DNA from: a virus
Taxonomy: Duplodnaviria > Caudoviricetes
Strand: one strand, 5' to 3'
IMG/VR virus record: IMGVR_UViG_3300020325_000054
Location: 1 to 30,640 of that record
DNA length: 30,640 bases
Shown: positions 1 through 7,843 of the stretch, piece after piece
Layout: the number at the start of each line of letters is the position of its first letter
Position numbering within the stretch: position 1 is the first letter of the stretch
The notes under the pieces: generated by a model
Seen by the model: the letters and a program-made list of their open reading frames with translations, nothing else
Databases searched by the model: none
What the model was told of the DNA's origin: nothing
Position numbers and translations under genes: made by a program

Positions 1-159
1 GACATGAACAGTTGCGTTGGTTGTATCCATTTGTTGAAACCACCATGCTCTCATCTGTGTGTAATCTTCAAATGCATATGCTCTACCATCAGGATATTCT
101 ACTTGATAGAAATGTCTATCATATAGTTTATCTGATGTTTGTGTAAATGTTTTAGTCAT
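1..159 (-). CDS. Hypothetical cyanophage protein (runs off the window edge)
   Basis: Hand-translated: MTKTFTQTSDKLYDRHFYQVEYPDG...RAWWFQ. Start overlaps the end of the upstream ORF. Not in the ORF track. Confidence 0.7.
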   Translation of the reverse strand, partial: MTKTFTQTSDKLYDRHFYQVEYPDGRAYAFEDYTQMRAWWFQQMDTTNATVHV

Positions 160-322
160 TTAGGTGTCGTGTATGATGTGTTTGTTCTGCTAGTTTATCA
201 CGTAATTGATTAATACGTTGTTCATCATACTGTTGAAAGTTACCACGTTTATCTACTTTCTTGTAATAATGTAGGGCGTTAAGGATAATAGTATAATCCT
301 CCATTGTCAGATCAAACTGCAT
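152..322 (-). CDS. Small hypothetical protein (56 aa)
   Basis: Hand-translated: MQFDLTMEDYTIILNALHYYKK...RDKLAEQ. Tightly packed with both neighbours. Confidence 0.7.
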   Translation of the reverse strand: MQFDLTMEDYTIILNALHYYKKVDKRGNFQQYDEQRINQLRDKLAEQTHHTRHLND

Positions 323-437
323 TTTTCAGAGTAGTAATGAGATGCATATTACCATGAATGTATCCTGCATAGATGGTAATAAGTGTCAGTACAAATAGTG
401 TCACAAGGGCGATGACATTTGGTACAGGTGGTGTCAT
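312..437 (-). CDS. Small putative membrane protein (41 aa)
   Basis: MTPPVPNVIALVTLFVLTLITIYAGYIHGNMHL has one hydrophobic segment. ATGA overlap with the upstream oxygenase stop. Confidence 0.6.
   Translation of the reverse strand: MTPPVPNVIALVTLFVLTLITIYAGYIHGNMHLITTLKNAV
346..404 (-). promoter_or_regulatory. Possible degenerate fourth copy of the palindromic early-promoter motif
   Basis: GTGACACTATTTGTACTGACAC, then 31 nt, then TAATAT, then 23 nt to the ATG at 322. Same spacing as the three clearer copies. Confidence 0.4.
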
Positions 438-1105
438 TCTAGGCAAGTGTAAATATCTTGTCCACGTAACTCCAACATGGGATTGTTATCATTAGGAACA
501 ATGAATGAATTAAGGGCAATACTTAGGCGTCCACCAGGGGATAGTTTAGGCATAGCATGATGTTGTACCCATGATGGGAAGACAACCAACTTACCTGTCT
601 TTGGTACTACACGCCAACGTTGTGCAGTATACTGATTAAAAGTAGCAGTACAGTTATAATCTCGTTCTGAGTGAATAACCATCTGTGCTTCAGTGACTGG
701 ATTAATGAGTTCTAGTGGACCAAAATCATCATCCAATACTTCAGGATAGTATACAGATACAAATGATGCTCTTGGGTGAGTATGTGCTAGATCAAATCGA
801 TCATGATTATCAGCATTTGCCCAACCTTGTTTAAACACGTGTTTCCACTGTTGTGACAGACCAGTATCATAATGAACTCGATCGATTGCATCCATTGTAG
901 CAGAGTAATACTCTTCTAGTTCTGGTTCATCAAAGGTTAAATTAACCCTGTTGGTGCAATCTTCTGCTTGAGAATAGATCCAATCACGAACTTTATTGTG
1001 ATCAATGTCAAGTTGAAACTCAGCAAGGAATGAACTAAACAGTGGTTGCAATCGATAATTATCTTGACTGTATTGGTTTAGTTTATCGTATTGATTAATG
1101 TCCAT
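434..1105 (-). CDS. Putative 2OG-Fe(II) oxygenase, TIGR02466-like
   Basis: Motifs HTHP..FVSVYY, GKLVVFPSWVQH and RLSIALN. The HxH...H iron triad and the 2OG-binding RxS are intact. Confidence 0.85.
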   Translation of the reverse strand: MDINQYDKLNQYSQDNYRLQPLFSSFLAEFQLDIDHNKVRDWIYSQAEDCTNRVNLTFDEPELEEYYSATMDAIDRVHYDTGLSQQWKHVFKQGWANADNHDRFDLAHTHPRASFVSVYYPEVLDDDFGPLELINPVTEAQMVIHSERDYNCTATFNQYTAQRWRVVPKTGKLVVFPSWVQHHAMPKLSPGGRLSIALNSFIVPNDNNPMLELRGQDIYTCLE

Positions 1106-1256
1106 GTGCCCGATCTATGAGGAATTTAATTTTATCTTGTAGTTTCTTATGTTTTACTGTTGGAAGATCAATTTGCTCTGCTCTAGCAATAGTATAAGAA
1201 GAGGTAGTAGATAGAACATTGTACAAATACTCTAGTTCTTCTGGCGTGAAATTCAT
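1095..1256 (-). CDS. Small hypothetical protein
   Basis: ORF track 1095..1289. The ATG at 1256 (MNFTPEELEYLY) directly follows the upstream stop and is the likelier start. Confidence 0.6.
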   Translation of the reverse strand: MNFTPEELEYLYNVLSTTSSYTIARAEQIDLPTVKHKKLQDKIKFLIDRAHGH

Positions 1257-1257
1257 G

Positions 1258-1554
1258 TTACTTGATTGTGTTACTGTACTTAGAATCACGTGATCCCATA
1301 ATAGTTATATCACCCCAATTCCAGTTATGACATACCACAAGGCAGTGATGTTTTTTATGTGGTGTGTTCTCTTGTTGACGTTCAGTCATGTCTCTTGTTG
1401 AGATTTCAATTGTAATGTATTCCGAGTCAGAAAAATAGACCCATCCTTCGATGAGTCCAGTATGACTATGCCACATCACATAATCATTAACTTGTGGTTG
1501 AATACTATTGCCACCGCTTGGTTCTGAGATACTTGAGCACATCTTCCCGTACAT
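1258..1554 (-). CDS. Hypothetical cyanophage protein (start uncertain)
   Basis: PQVNDYV..EGWVYF..EYITIEI..HCLVVC resembles small cyanomyovirus ORFs as I recall them. Confidence 0.7.
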   Translation of the reverse strand: MYGKMCSSISEPSGGNSIQPQVNDYVMWHSHTGLIEGWVYFSDSEYITIEISTRDMTERQQENTPHKKHHCLVVCHNWNWGDITIMGSRDSKYSNTIK

Positions 1555-1681
1555 CCATCAATTCATGATAACATTTTTGGTTATGGGCACACTGACGTAG
1601 TTTATGATCTGGTTTGAGAACTGATTCAACAAACAAATCTAACCCACGATTCCATTTGTCTTGTTTAGTTTCATTGTCCAT
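1505..1681 (-). CDS. Hypothetical cyanophage protein (58 aa)
   Basis: Hand-translated: MDNETKQDKWNRGLDLFVESVLKPDHKLRQCAHNQKCYHELMDVREDVLKYLRTKRWQ. Below the ORF-track cutoff. Confidence 0.75.
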   Translation of the reverse strand: MDNETKQDKWNRGLDLFVESVLKPDHKLRQCAHNQKCYHELMDVREDVLKYLRTKRWQ

Positions 1682-1865
1682 GTAGTTTCCTCAATGTCAT
1701 TGTGTTATCTAGTTCTACATGACATTGTAGCACATCTCCTGTATTCCATCGTAGCTTTGTTAGTAATTCTTGAGGAATTGGAAGGACGAGATCATCACCG
1801 CTCTCCTCCAGTGTAACAGTATAGTTTGTACTTTGGACGATAGCGTTCAATGTACTTTCTTGCAT
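1671..1865 (-). CDS. AbrB/MazE/SpoVT-like swapped-hairpin DNA-binding protein
   Basis: YTVTLEESGDDLVLPIPQELLTKLRWNTGDVLQCHV..MTLRK fits the AbrB pattern (G..l.iP..l...l....GD.l). Start at ATG 1865 is inferred. Confidence 0.7.
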   Translation of the reverse strand: MQESTLNAIVQSTNYTVTLEESGDDLVLPIPQELLTKLRWNTGDVLQCHVELDNTMTLRKLHGQ

Positions 1866-1968
1866 GTTCTTCGCAGGTGAACCAACACTTCTTCTTTTCG
1901 GATTGATCATCGAGATAGTATGGAAAGGTTTGAACATGAGGGAATAACTCTAGTTTCCTAGAGTTCAT
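1795..1968 (-). CDS. Hypothetical cyanophage protein (possibly N-terminally extended to 2289)
   Basis: MNSRKLELFPHVQTFPYYLDDQSEKKKCWFTCEEHARKYIERY; the ATG sits 4 nt after the upstream stop. Confidence 0.7.
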   Translation of the reverse strand: MNSRKLELFPHVQTFPYYLDDQSEKKKCWFTCEEHARKYIERYRPKYKLYCYTGGER

Positions 1969-1972
1969 GACT

Positions 1973-2293
1973 TTAATCCCAGGATCCTTGCGCTTCTGGC
2001 GAGTGGTACGCTTGACCGAAGGTTTCTTTTGCTGTTTCTGTGATGTACTGGTCGTACCTTTCGTCGAAGTCGTTGTGCTCTTTGCCTTCGCTTTCGCTGT
2101 TGTAGTACGTTTCGATGTACTCTTGCTGGTAGTTGTTAGTTTGCTGAGGTTCTCCTGTAGTTTCTTTTGCGTAGTCGGTGAGGACTTTGATGAAGTCCTC
2201 CGCTTTGAAGTGCTTGAAGATTTCGTTTTCTGGTCCTTCTTCGTCCCAGCTGATGGTGAGCGTCCCGTCTGCGTTTTCTTTGACATCAATCAT
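1973..2293 (-). CDS. Acidic hypothetical protein
   Basis: MIDVKENADGTLTISWDEE; ATGA overlap with the upstream ORF. Confidence 0.7.
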   Translation of the reverse strand: MIDVKENADGTLTISWDEEGPENEIFKHFKAEDFIKVLTDYAKETTGEPQQTNNYQQEYIETYYNSESEGKEHNDFDERYDQYITETAKETFGQAYHSPEAQGSWD

Positions 2294-2430
2294 TGTGAAT
2301 AGTATGAGTAAAAGTTAAGGAATGCACAGACATTAGGTGTCACTCCAAGAGAATAACAACAATCAAGATATGATGTAAACTCCTCATTGAGTTGTTTACT
2401 GAGCGTTATGCTCAAAGTTTTTGATTTCAT
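2290..2430 (-). CDS. Small hypothetical protein (46 aa)
   Basis: Hand-translated: MKSKTLSITLSKQLNEEFTSYLDCCYSLGVTPN. GGAGG ribosome-binding site upstream. Confidence 0.65.
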   Translation of the reverse strand: MKSKTLSITLSKQLNEEFTSYLDCCYSLGVTPNVCAFLNFYSYYSQ

Positions 2431-2548
2431 TGTGTATTTCCTCCGCTAGTGAGTAATTACCATCAGCATATGCCTTGAAATACGATAGAATTAACTGTCG
2501 TAGTTCTTCTGGTAGATCATTGTACGTCTGATCCTTGAGTGAGTTCAT
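2396..2548 (-). CDS. Small hypothetical protein (50 aa)
   Basis: Hand-translated: MNSLKDQTYNDLPEELRQLILSYFKAY. Fills the gap between two ORFs. Confidence 0.55.
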   Translation of the reverse strand: MNSLKDQTYNDLPEELRQLILSYFKAYADGNYSLAEEIHNEIKNFEHNAQ

Positions 2549-2753
2549 CGTAATACTGAATTAGTGTGCGCTCATCAATGAACAGCGTCTCTTCTTGTTC
2601 ATGATTCTCGGGATCCATCCACTCAAACCATTCATCTGCAAAACAAATGGCATCATCATGACGATCTTCTTCAATCAGTTCGCGGAAACGCTCAACAACC
2701 CACTCACACAGAGTGTCGCGACGTTCGGAAATCAGTACGTCCATGTTGTTCAT
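2517..2753 (-). CDS. Acidic hypothetical protein
   Basis: ORF track; ATGA overlap with the upstream gene. Confidence 0.75.
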   Translation of the reverse strand: MNNMDVLISERRDTLCEWVVERFRELIEEDRHDDAICFADEWFEWMDPENHEQEETLFIDERTLIQYYDELTQGSDVQ

Positions 2754-3043
2754 AGTTTGATCAGAGTGAGTTTGTTGTTGAGGTGGTCGTATGAGACGAA
2801 ATCTACGTCTTTGGGCAGCGACTCAATGAGTGCTTTGGTAAATTCTAGCGTGAAATGACCATGATAGCGCCAAAACCGTCTGTAATCATCAGACATTGGG
2901 TCAGCAGTTGTAGTGACTGGCACGGAATACTCACCACGTGTGTAACGATTGGGGAGTGGTGCCAGCATATTCTTGATGTCAGAGACAATCAATGGTGCTG
3001 CGTGTTGTGGTTTTGTCTTAGTATAACAAGAACGATAGATCAT
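2750..3043 (-). CDS. Hypothetical protein
   Basis: ORF track; ATGA coupling on both sides. Confidence 0.75.
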   Translation of the reverse strand: MIYRSCYTKTKPQHAAPLIVSDIKNMLAPLPNRYTRGEYSVPVTTTADPMSDDYRRFWRYHGHFTLEFTKALIESLPKDVDFVSYDHLNNKLTLIKL

Positions 3044-3270
3044 TTGACAAATACCTCATTGGTTTGCTCTTGGTGCAGTTGTGCTGCTTGCTTCAAATAA
3101 TAGCACATGTGTGCCACATACTCAACATCTTCTTCATTAGGATCAAAATCATAAGAACAATCCCAATCTACAGTGCCATTGTCATCGACAGGAGCACCAA
3201 ATGGTGTCCCATCGTCATCAATAGCAAAAGCATGGTCATCAGCAACAAGATAGAACTGAGGAGCAGACAT
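3040..3270 (-). CDS. Acidic hypothetical early protein
   Basis: ORF track; first gene after a near-consensus sigma70 promoter. Confidence 0.8.
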   Translation of the reverse strand: MSAPQFYLVADDHAFAIDDDGTPFGAPVDDNGTVDWDCSYDFDPNEEDVEYVAHMCYYLKQAAQLHQEQTNEVFVK

Positions 3271-3294
3271 TGGAGGAGAAGCGAGTGGATTTAG

Positions 3295-3323
3295 AGTATA
3301 CTATGTATGGGCGAGGGTGTCAA
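3295..3323 (-). promoter_or_regulatory. Sigma70-type early promoter
   Basis: TTGACA (3323-3318), 17 nt, TATACT (3300-3295), 24 nt upstream of the ATG at 3270. Confidence 0.85.
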
Positions 3324-3772
3324 CCCTGGTAGTATGCGTTCTTGTAGAGGTAACCGCCAGACCAGTCACACTTTTCAAGAACAAACTCACGCTCAGTGAT
3401 GATACGAAGATCGAAACGTGGTTCTTTCACAGGTGCTTTGAATGATGCTGCCTTGTGCAGTTCACCTGTCTTCATGTTGATGAAGGCATGAACACTACGG
3501 GAACCACCATCAGTTTCCATGATGATCTTGTGATACTTGCGACCACTCTCAATGTAGAACTTGTACATGTCCTCACCGTTCTCAATAGCAGCGAGACGCT
3601 TTGCTTTGTACTCAGGATCAGTGCGTTGGAAGAAATTGGCACGACGGATGCTGTCTGCCTTGAAGTCCTGCTCAAGTGCCTCACACAGCATCAGAGCATA
3701 CTCGCGGACCTTGAGTTGAATGTCGTTGCGAGCGTCTTGGGTGGCACAGAATTCAGCGAAGGTGGCAGTCAT
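3320..3772 (-). CDS. Conserved-looking cyanophage early protein (150 aa)
   Basis: GRKYHKI..SRSVHAFI..TGELHKAASFKAP motif. Start moved to ATG 3772 because an early promoter lies at 3796-3854. Confidence 0.85.
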   Translation of the reverse strand: MTATFAEFCATQDARNDIQLKVREYALMLCEALEQDFKADSIRRANFFQRTDPEYKAKRLAAIENGEDMYKFYIESGRKYHKIIMETDGGSRSVHAFINMKTGELHKAASFKAPVKEPRFDLRIITEREFVLEKCDWSGGYLYKNAYYQG

Positions 3773-3795
3773 GGGTGTCTTGCGTTGATGTGTAT

Positions 3796-3854
3796 AGTAT
3801 AAGGGGTCAGGAGAGCAGTTCTTGTGCCTCGTAGGACAGTTCCTCAACTGGCAT
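3796..3854 (-). promoter_or_regulatory. Palindromic cyanophage early-promoter motif plus -10 box
   Basis: TGCCAGTTGAGGAACTGTCC, then ~31 nt, then TATACT, then 23 nt to the ATG. Confidence 0.8.
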
Positions 3855-3938
3855 GTCCTTGTCCATCTCGATCATGTCGTATTCTTCTTCAATCTGCTCC
3901 AGGAGCCAGCGATCGAGCATTACTTCAGCAATAGTCAT
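3807..3938 (-). CDS. Small acidic hypothetical protein (43 aa)
   Basis: Hand-translated: MTIAEVMLDRWLLEQIEEEYDMIEMDKDMPVEELSYEAQELLS. Confidence 0.6.
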   Translation of the reverse strand: MTIAEVMLDRWLLEQIEEEYDMIEMDKDMPVEELSYEAQELLS

Positions 3939-3941
3939 GGT

Positions 3942-4124
3942 TCAAATGTGTGTGTTTTCAATAAGGAGGAGTTCATCGACAGTAACTTCTAGTTCTGCCG
4001 CTTTTAGTTCAAGATGATCACAACATGTGTCATCATCATGGAGATCAATCATGTCAGTGTCTGTCAAGCAAGTCAACTTACCAAAGAGAAAATCAATGAA
4101 GTCAGTGTCTGATTTAGAAAACAT
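3942..4124 (-). CDS. Small hypothetical protein
   Basis: ORF track; packed in an operon-like array. Confidence 0.65.
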   Translation of the reverse strand: MFSKSDTDFIDFLFGKLTCLTDTDMIDLHDDDTCCDHLELKAAELEVTVDELLLIENTHI

Positions 4125-4281
4125 TGGTCCAGCGAGTGTGTTGTGCTTTGGTAATACGTCCTTCTGCTAACATGTTGTCACACACATTGCAGAATACTTG
4201 GAACTTTTCTGTCTTGGTAAGAGCACTGCCTGTGCAGCACGTCTTAATCACATTGATAATTTGTGCTTTAGATGCAATCAT
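4114..4281 (-). CDS. Small hypothetical cyanophage protein (55 aa)
   Basis: Hand-translated: MIASKAQIINVIKTCC..EKFQVFCNVCDNMLAEGRITKAQHTRWTNVF. Confidence 0.75.
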   Translation of the reverse strand: MIASKAQIINVIKTCCTGSALTKTEKFQVFCNVCDNMLAEGRITKAQHTRWTNVF

Positions 4282-4283
4282 GA

Positions 4284-4469
4284 TCAGTAGAGTTCGTAGG
4301 GTTCGACGTTGTACTCAATCACGTCCATGATGTCATCAAAGGTGTTGAGTGCTTTAACACCATCAGCACAGAACTGAGAATAGAACTTGAGAGCATAGGT
4401 AGCACGGGTCTCTGGTTGTGCCAGGTGACGGTCACGCTCTGCTCGGATCTCTTGGATGGTGCGTGTCAT
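4284..4469 (-). CDS. Small hypothetical early protein
   Basis: ORF track; first gene after an early-promoter motif. Confidence 0.75.
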   Translation of the reverse strand: MTRTIQEIRAERDRHLAQPETRATYALKFYSQFCADGVKALNTFDDIMDVIEYNVEPYELY

Positions 4470-4494
4470 GTGCTGTTCCCTTGACGACTTCTAT

Positions 4495-4551
4495 AGAATA
4501 CATCATTCAGGTGGTCTGTGGGCATCAGGTAGACAGTTCTGCAACTGGTCG
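4495..4551 (-). promoter_or_regulatory. Palindromic cyanophage early-promoter motif plus -10 box
   Basis: GACCAGTTGCAGAACTGTCT, then ~29 nt, then TATTCT, then 25 nt to the ATG at 4469. Confidence 0.75.
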
Positions 4552-4691
4552 TACAGATGACCTGAGTTGACATTGTGATGGTAGGAATACTGTTCAGTGT
4601 GACCTAGGGGACATCCCATCATCATATCCAACAGGAATCGAATCTGCGAGACGCTTAGGGAGACATTAATGGTATCGGTAGTCATGGGCAA
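4503..4691 (-). CDS. Small hypothetical protein
   Basis: ORF track; ATG 4685 is an alternative start. Confidence 0.6.
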   Translation of the reverse strand: MPMTTDTINVSLSVSQIRFLLDMMMGCPLGHTEQYSYHHNVNSGHLYDQLQNCLPDAHRPPE

Positions 4692-4731
4692 TTGGACGCC
4701 TTACAGGCGATTGTAGAGGGGTCTCAGCGGG

Positions 4732-4893
4732 TCATTCACCCAAGATGGGGATCACGTCAACAGTGCTCACGTCTGGTTCTTGTTGAATATGCTTCACGAA
4801 GTGTAGCACATCCTCATCAGTGAACATAACAACGGACTGACGCTTACTGTGCAGTCGGTCTTGCCGTTGCCACCATTCGATACGATATTTCAT
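4732..4893 (-). CDS. Small hypothetical protein (53 aa)
   Basis: Hand-translated: MKYRIEWWQRQDRLHSKRQSVVMF. ATGA overlap with the upstream ORF. Confidence 0.7.
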   Translation of the reverse strand: MKYRIEWWQRQDRLHSKRQSVVMFTDEDVLHFVKHIQQEPDVSTVDVIPILGE

Positions 4894-5207
4894 AGAGAAT
4901 TTCCTTGTTGAAATCGGTTAATGTCGTTCATTGTGATATGAGCAGCATACTCATATGTGTTTACGTTGGGAGCATCAGTATCTACTTTATTAGTGCTATG
5001 ATGTCCAACAATCAATTCTAAAGCACCTTGTGCTCTACTCTTACACATTTCATGATATGAAATAATGTCCTCTAGACAATCTCTAATGTCATTATACATC
5101 TCTAGAACACTTACGTCATCATCTTGCAGATAATCATCAACTACGTCTTGCAATCGTGACTTACGCTGTTCCGCGTATGTAGTATTATTTGTCTGTTTTA
5201 GTTTCAT
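4890..5207 (-). CDS. Hypothetical protein
   Basis: ORF track; helical and acidic (EQRKSRLQDVVDDYL). Confidence 0.75.
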   Translation of the reverse strand: MKLKQTNNTTYAEQRKSRLQDVVDDYLQDDDVSVLEMYNDIRDCLEDIISYHEMCKSRAQGALELIVGHHSTNKVDTDAPNVNTYEYAAHITMNDINRFQQGNSL

Positions 5208-5319
5208 CTTTTTTCACCACAGTGTCATTATTGTTATGTAGACCCAGCTTACGCCGCTTCTCATATAGATCAGGATGCGGAGCATAAAGCGGACCTTGAT
5301 AATCTTTCTTCTCTGTCAT
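5185..5319 (-). CDS. Small hypothetical protein (44 aa)
   Basis: Hand-translated: MTEKKDYQGPLYAPHPDLY. ATGA overlap with the upstream ORF. Confidence 0.6.
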   Translation of the reverse strand: MTEKKDYQGPLYAPHPDLYEKRRKLGLHNNNDTVVKKDETKTDK

Positions 5320-5612
5320 AAGAAATTAAGCACAGTTGGAGCAAGTGGTTTTAGTATCTGCATAGCAGTATACGGTGTAGTGCTATTAATGTCTACCTGA
5401 TTTCCGCACTTGGTGGAGTTAATAGGCGCGTAGTATGTTCTTTGCTTGGTGTTGTAGAATCCCCAGATAGTTTTTGTAGTGCTCCCATCGTTATATACAA
5501 ATTCAGTGTGGTTAACACACCAAATAGACAGATAGTTACGCTTGTGTAAACGGCATTCATAAGAGTATCCTTTGGGTGGTTTGTGTGGAAAATCAACTGG
5601 TAGTTCAATCAT
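5316..5612 (-). CDS. Hypothetical cyanophage protein
   Basis: FPHKPPKGYSYE..IWGFYNTK..YAPIN..TTPYTAM; ATGA-coupled to the helicase. Confidence 0.8.
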   Translation of the reverse strand: MIELPVDFPHKPPKGYSYECRLHKRNYLSIWCVNHTEFVYNDGSTTKTIWGFYNTKQRTYYAPINSTKCGNQVDINSTTPYTAMQILKPLAPTVLNFL

Positions 5613-6856
5613 GATTCAGTAGCAGCAACACCTTTGGTGAAAATAAGATCAACGATGCGTTGCAGTCGCTGCTCAGTTTGCTTACCGTAGTTGGTGAACA
5701 CAGGTACTGTAACATATCCTGTGCTCTTGCGGTAGAACTCAAGTTTACCAGGAATGATCTTACCGTCACGAATATCAGCAGCATCCTGCTTGTCAAGACG
5801 AATGACACGACCGATGGTCTGTGCCATCTCAATCACAGGCAAGTTGCGAAGCAGAATAGTGTGAGTGAGACCAGGAACGTTGATACCTTCAGACAGAATG
5901 CTGTAGTGGAACATGATGAACTTCTTAGAAGGATCTTTGCCCCACTTATCAAGAGTATCAAAGAACTCTTGACGACCAACCTTGGTTTTGTTGACATATG
6001 CACCATGCTTGCTGGTAATATGCATCACCTCATAACCACGATCAGCAAATTCTTGCATCACATTGGTGCCTGAGAGCAATGCCCACAACACACGGGTGTT
6101 AGGAGCAGCGACAAGAATTTTCTGTGCTGCATCCTCATCAAGTTTGTTGATGATGTCAACCAGCACCTCACGATCATTCTCAGCAGCAGCAAGATTCTTG
6201 TTACGCTCAAAGTCCACAACATGTGGTTGAATCGTGGGAGGAATGATGCTACCGTTGTTGATCAGTTCAGGTGCAGGAACACTGATAAGTTCAGAACCAT
6301 ACACTGCAGTGTTGTTCATGCTGATAACACCACCACGATACTTAGGAGTAGCAGTGAAATAGTATGCATTCTTAGCAGTCAGTGATGCTGCAGCAACCTC
6401 TTTGAAGAAATCACGACGCACAGAGTTGTGTGCCTCATCATAATAAATGGTGTCAACATCAATACCTGCCTCATTGATACGACGCAGAGAGTTGTAGGTA
6501 GTGAAGATCAACTGGTGAATACCAGCAGCATCACATACACTAGCGTGACACTGAATCTTAGCAATCTTGGTGCTGCTGTTGCAATCAACCTCACCACTGT
6601 GGACATGCATGACAGCAGCATCCACAGTGCCATTGAGAGCAGACCAGAACTCTTCATAGAGTTGAACTGCTAGCAGGATACGAGGAGCAACCACAACAAT
6701 AGTTTGTGGTGTGGTAGCATTGAGAAGACGACGTTTCACGTCTTCAATCATTACGAGGGTCTTGCCACCACCTGTTGGGATGGTAACACGACCGATGTCA
6801 GCAGTCAGCAGCGCATCGAGAGCACGCTGCTGGTGAGGACGAAGGGTCAGGGTCAT
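5609..6856 (-). CDS. Superfamily 2 (DEAH, ResIII-like) helicase
   Basis: Q motif LRPHQ, Walker A PTGGGKT, Walker B YYDEAH, motif III TAT, motif V LSEGINVP, motif VI QTIGRVIR. Confidence 0.95.
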   Translation of the reverse strand: MTLTLRPHQQRALDALLTADIGRVTIPTGGGKTLVMIEDVKRRLLNATTPQTIVVVAPRILLAVQLYEEFWSALNGTVDAAVMHVHSGEVDCNSSTKIAKIQCHASVCDAAGIHQLIFTTYNSLRRINEAGIDVDTIYYDEAHNSVRRDFFKEVAAASLTAKNAYYFTATPKYRGGVISMNNTAVYGSELISVPAPELINNGSIIPPTIQPHVVDFERNKNLAAAENDREVLVDIINKLDEDAAQKILVAAPNTRVLWALLSGTNVMQEFADRGYEVMHITSKHGAYVNKTKVGRQEFFDTLDKWGKDPSKKFIMFHYSILSEGINVPGLTHTILLRNLPVIEMAQTIGRVIRLDKQDAADIRDGKIIPGKLEFYRKSTGYVTVPVFTNYGKQTEQRLQRIVDLIFTKGVAATES

Positions 6857-6878
6857 GCGGTGCGTTGCTGATGTGAAT

Positions 6879-6936
6879 AGTATAGGGCATGGGGTGAGTG
6901 TGGGAAGACCCCATGTGACAGTTATTGATCGTCCAC
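6879..6936 (-). promoter_or_regulatory. Palindromic early-promoter motif, inner inverted repeat and -10 box
   Basis: GTGGACGATCAATAACTGTCAC, a perfect 8-bp inverted repeat CATGGGGT/ACCCCATG (6888-6915), then TATACT and 22 nt to the helicase ATG. Confidence 0.75.
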
Positions 6937-7167
6937 TCGGTCCACTGACTGAATGTCACATACAGGAACCTCATGTTCACCAGCAATAAGATACCAATGC
7001 ATCATTTGTCCATGATATTCTGGATGAGCAGCATATTCAGTGGTGTATTCTCTCTCACCACAATACATCAGTTCACTTTCAGGAATATCATGCTCCTTCA
7101 ACATTGCCTGTAGTTGCATATGCTGCAACTCTACTTGTGTTGGTACATTCATTAAATTACTACTCAT
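6922..7167 (-). CDS. Hypothetical cyanophage protein
   Basis: ORF track (ELQHMQLQAML..HWYLIAGEHEVPVCDI). Confidence 0.8.
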   Translation of the reverse strand: MSSNLMNVPTQVELQHMQLQAMLKEHDIPESELMYCGEREYTTEYAAHPEYHGQMMHWYLIAGEHEVPVCDIQSVDRVDDQ

Positions 7168-7820
7168 TGAGTTTTTAGTCGCGATGTCACATTAAATGGA
7201 GCATTAATTCCAGTATGACCCAGAGATCCTTTAAACCATACATTGAAAAATAATCTCCTAGATTCTAACAATGCAGATGATGCCGCTCTCATCTCAACTA
7301 CACTTTTATAAGGATTGATCATATATGCAATTTTTGACGGCCACAAAGATAGTTTGCCTGCTTCGTGTTCGGATTTTGCGTGTGGAATTGTCACATATGG
7401 AAAATCAATTCCAGGGAACAAACTAGATCTACCATCGTTAAAATTAATTGGTGCTCCCTCTTCACTTATGCAAAGAGATCCAGTAAATACACTATTGTGA
7501 TGATAGTTTGGTGCTTGTCCAATACCAGGCTCATATGCAGATATCCATGATGATGAAATATAAAACTCTACATCTTTCGTTACTTGAAGGATTTCTTCAG
7601 CATACACATTAATATGTTTTAGGATATATGCCTTGATATCAGAAAATCCTTCATTCTCCAACACATCTGTATCAGAGACCATAGATTTATCCAAACCAAC
7701 ATTTGGTCTAAATGCATTTACTCGGTTCATTGCATTATATTCTGACGCAGAAAACACATAGTTTTCTTCAACCGTCTGATACAAAATTGGACCTTGAATC
7801 CTCTCCGCAAGGTATTTCAT
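7164..7820 (-). CDS. Degenerate TIGR02466-like 2OG-Fe(II) oxygenase-fold protein
   Basis: SSWISAYEPG..PNYHHNSVFTGSL, GKLSLWPSKIAY and RRLFFN align with the family motifs, but two iron-binding His positions are substituted. Confidence 0.7.
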   Translation of the reverse strand: MKYLAERIQGPILYQTVEENYVFSASEYNAMNRVNAFRPNVGLDKSMVSDTDVLENEGFSDIKAYILKHINVYAEEILQVTKDVEFYISSSWISAYEPGIGQAPNYHHNSVFTGSLCISEEGAPINFNDGRSSLFPGIDFPYVTIPHAKSEHEAGKLSLWPSKIAYMINPYKSVVEMRAASSALLESRRLFFNVWFKGSLGHTGINAPFNVTSRLKTQ

Positions 7821-7843
7821 AATATAAACAATACTACAAATAT

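Noticed and set aside
2296-2345. Possible fifth early motif (GTGACACCTAATGTCTGTGCAT ... CATACTATTCACA)
   Set aside because: Spacing to the -10-like box is too short, and the box abuts the start codon.
3773-3847. N-terminal 25 codons of the ORF-track call 3320..3847
   Set aside because: They overlap the early promoter and an upstream small ORF; ATG 3772 is the likelier start.
5609-6856. Helicase as part of a type III restriction-modification system
   Set aside because: No adjacent methyltransferase and no nuclease domain; a stand-alone SF2 helicase fits better.
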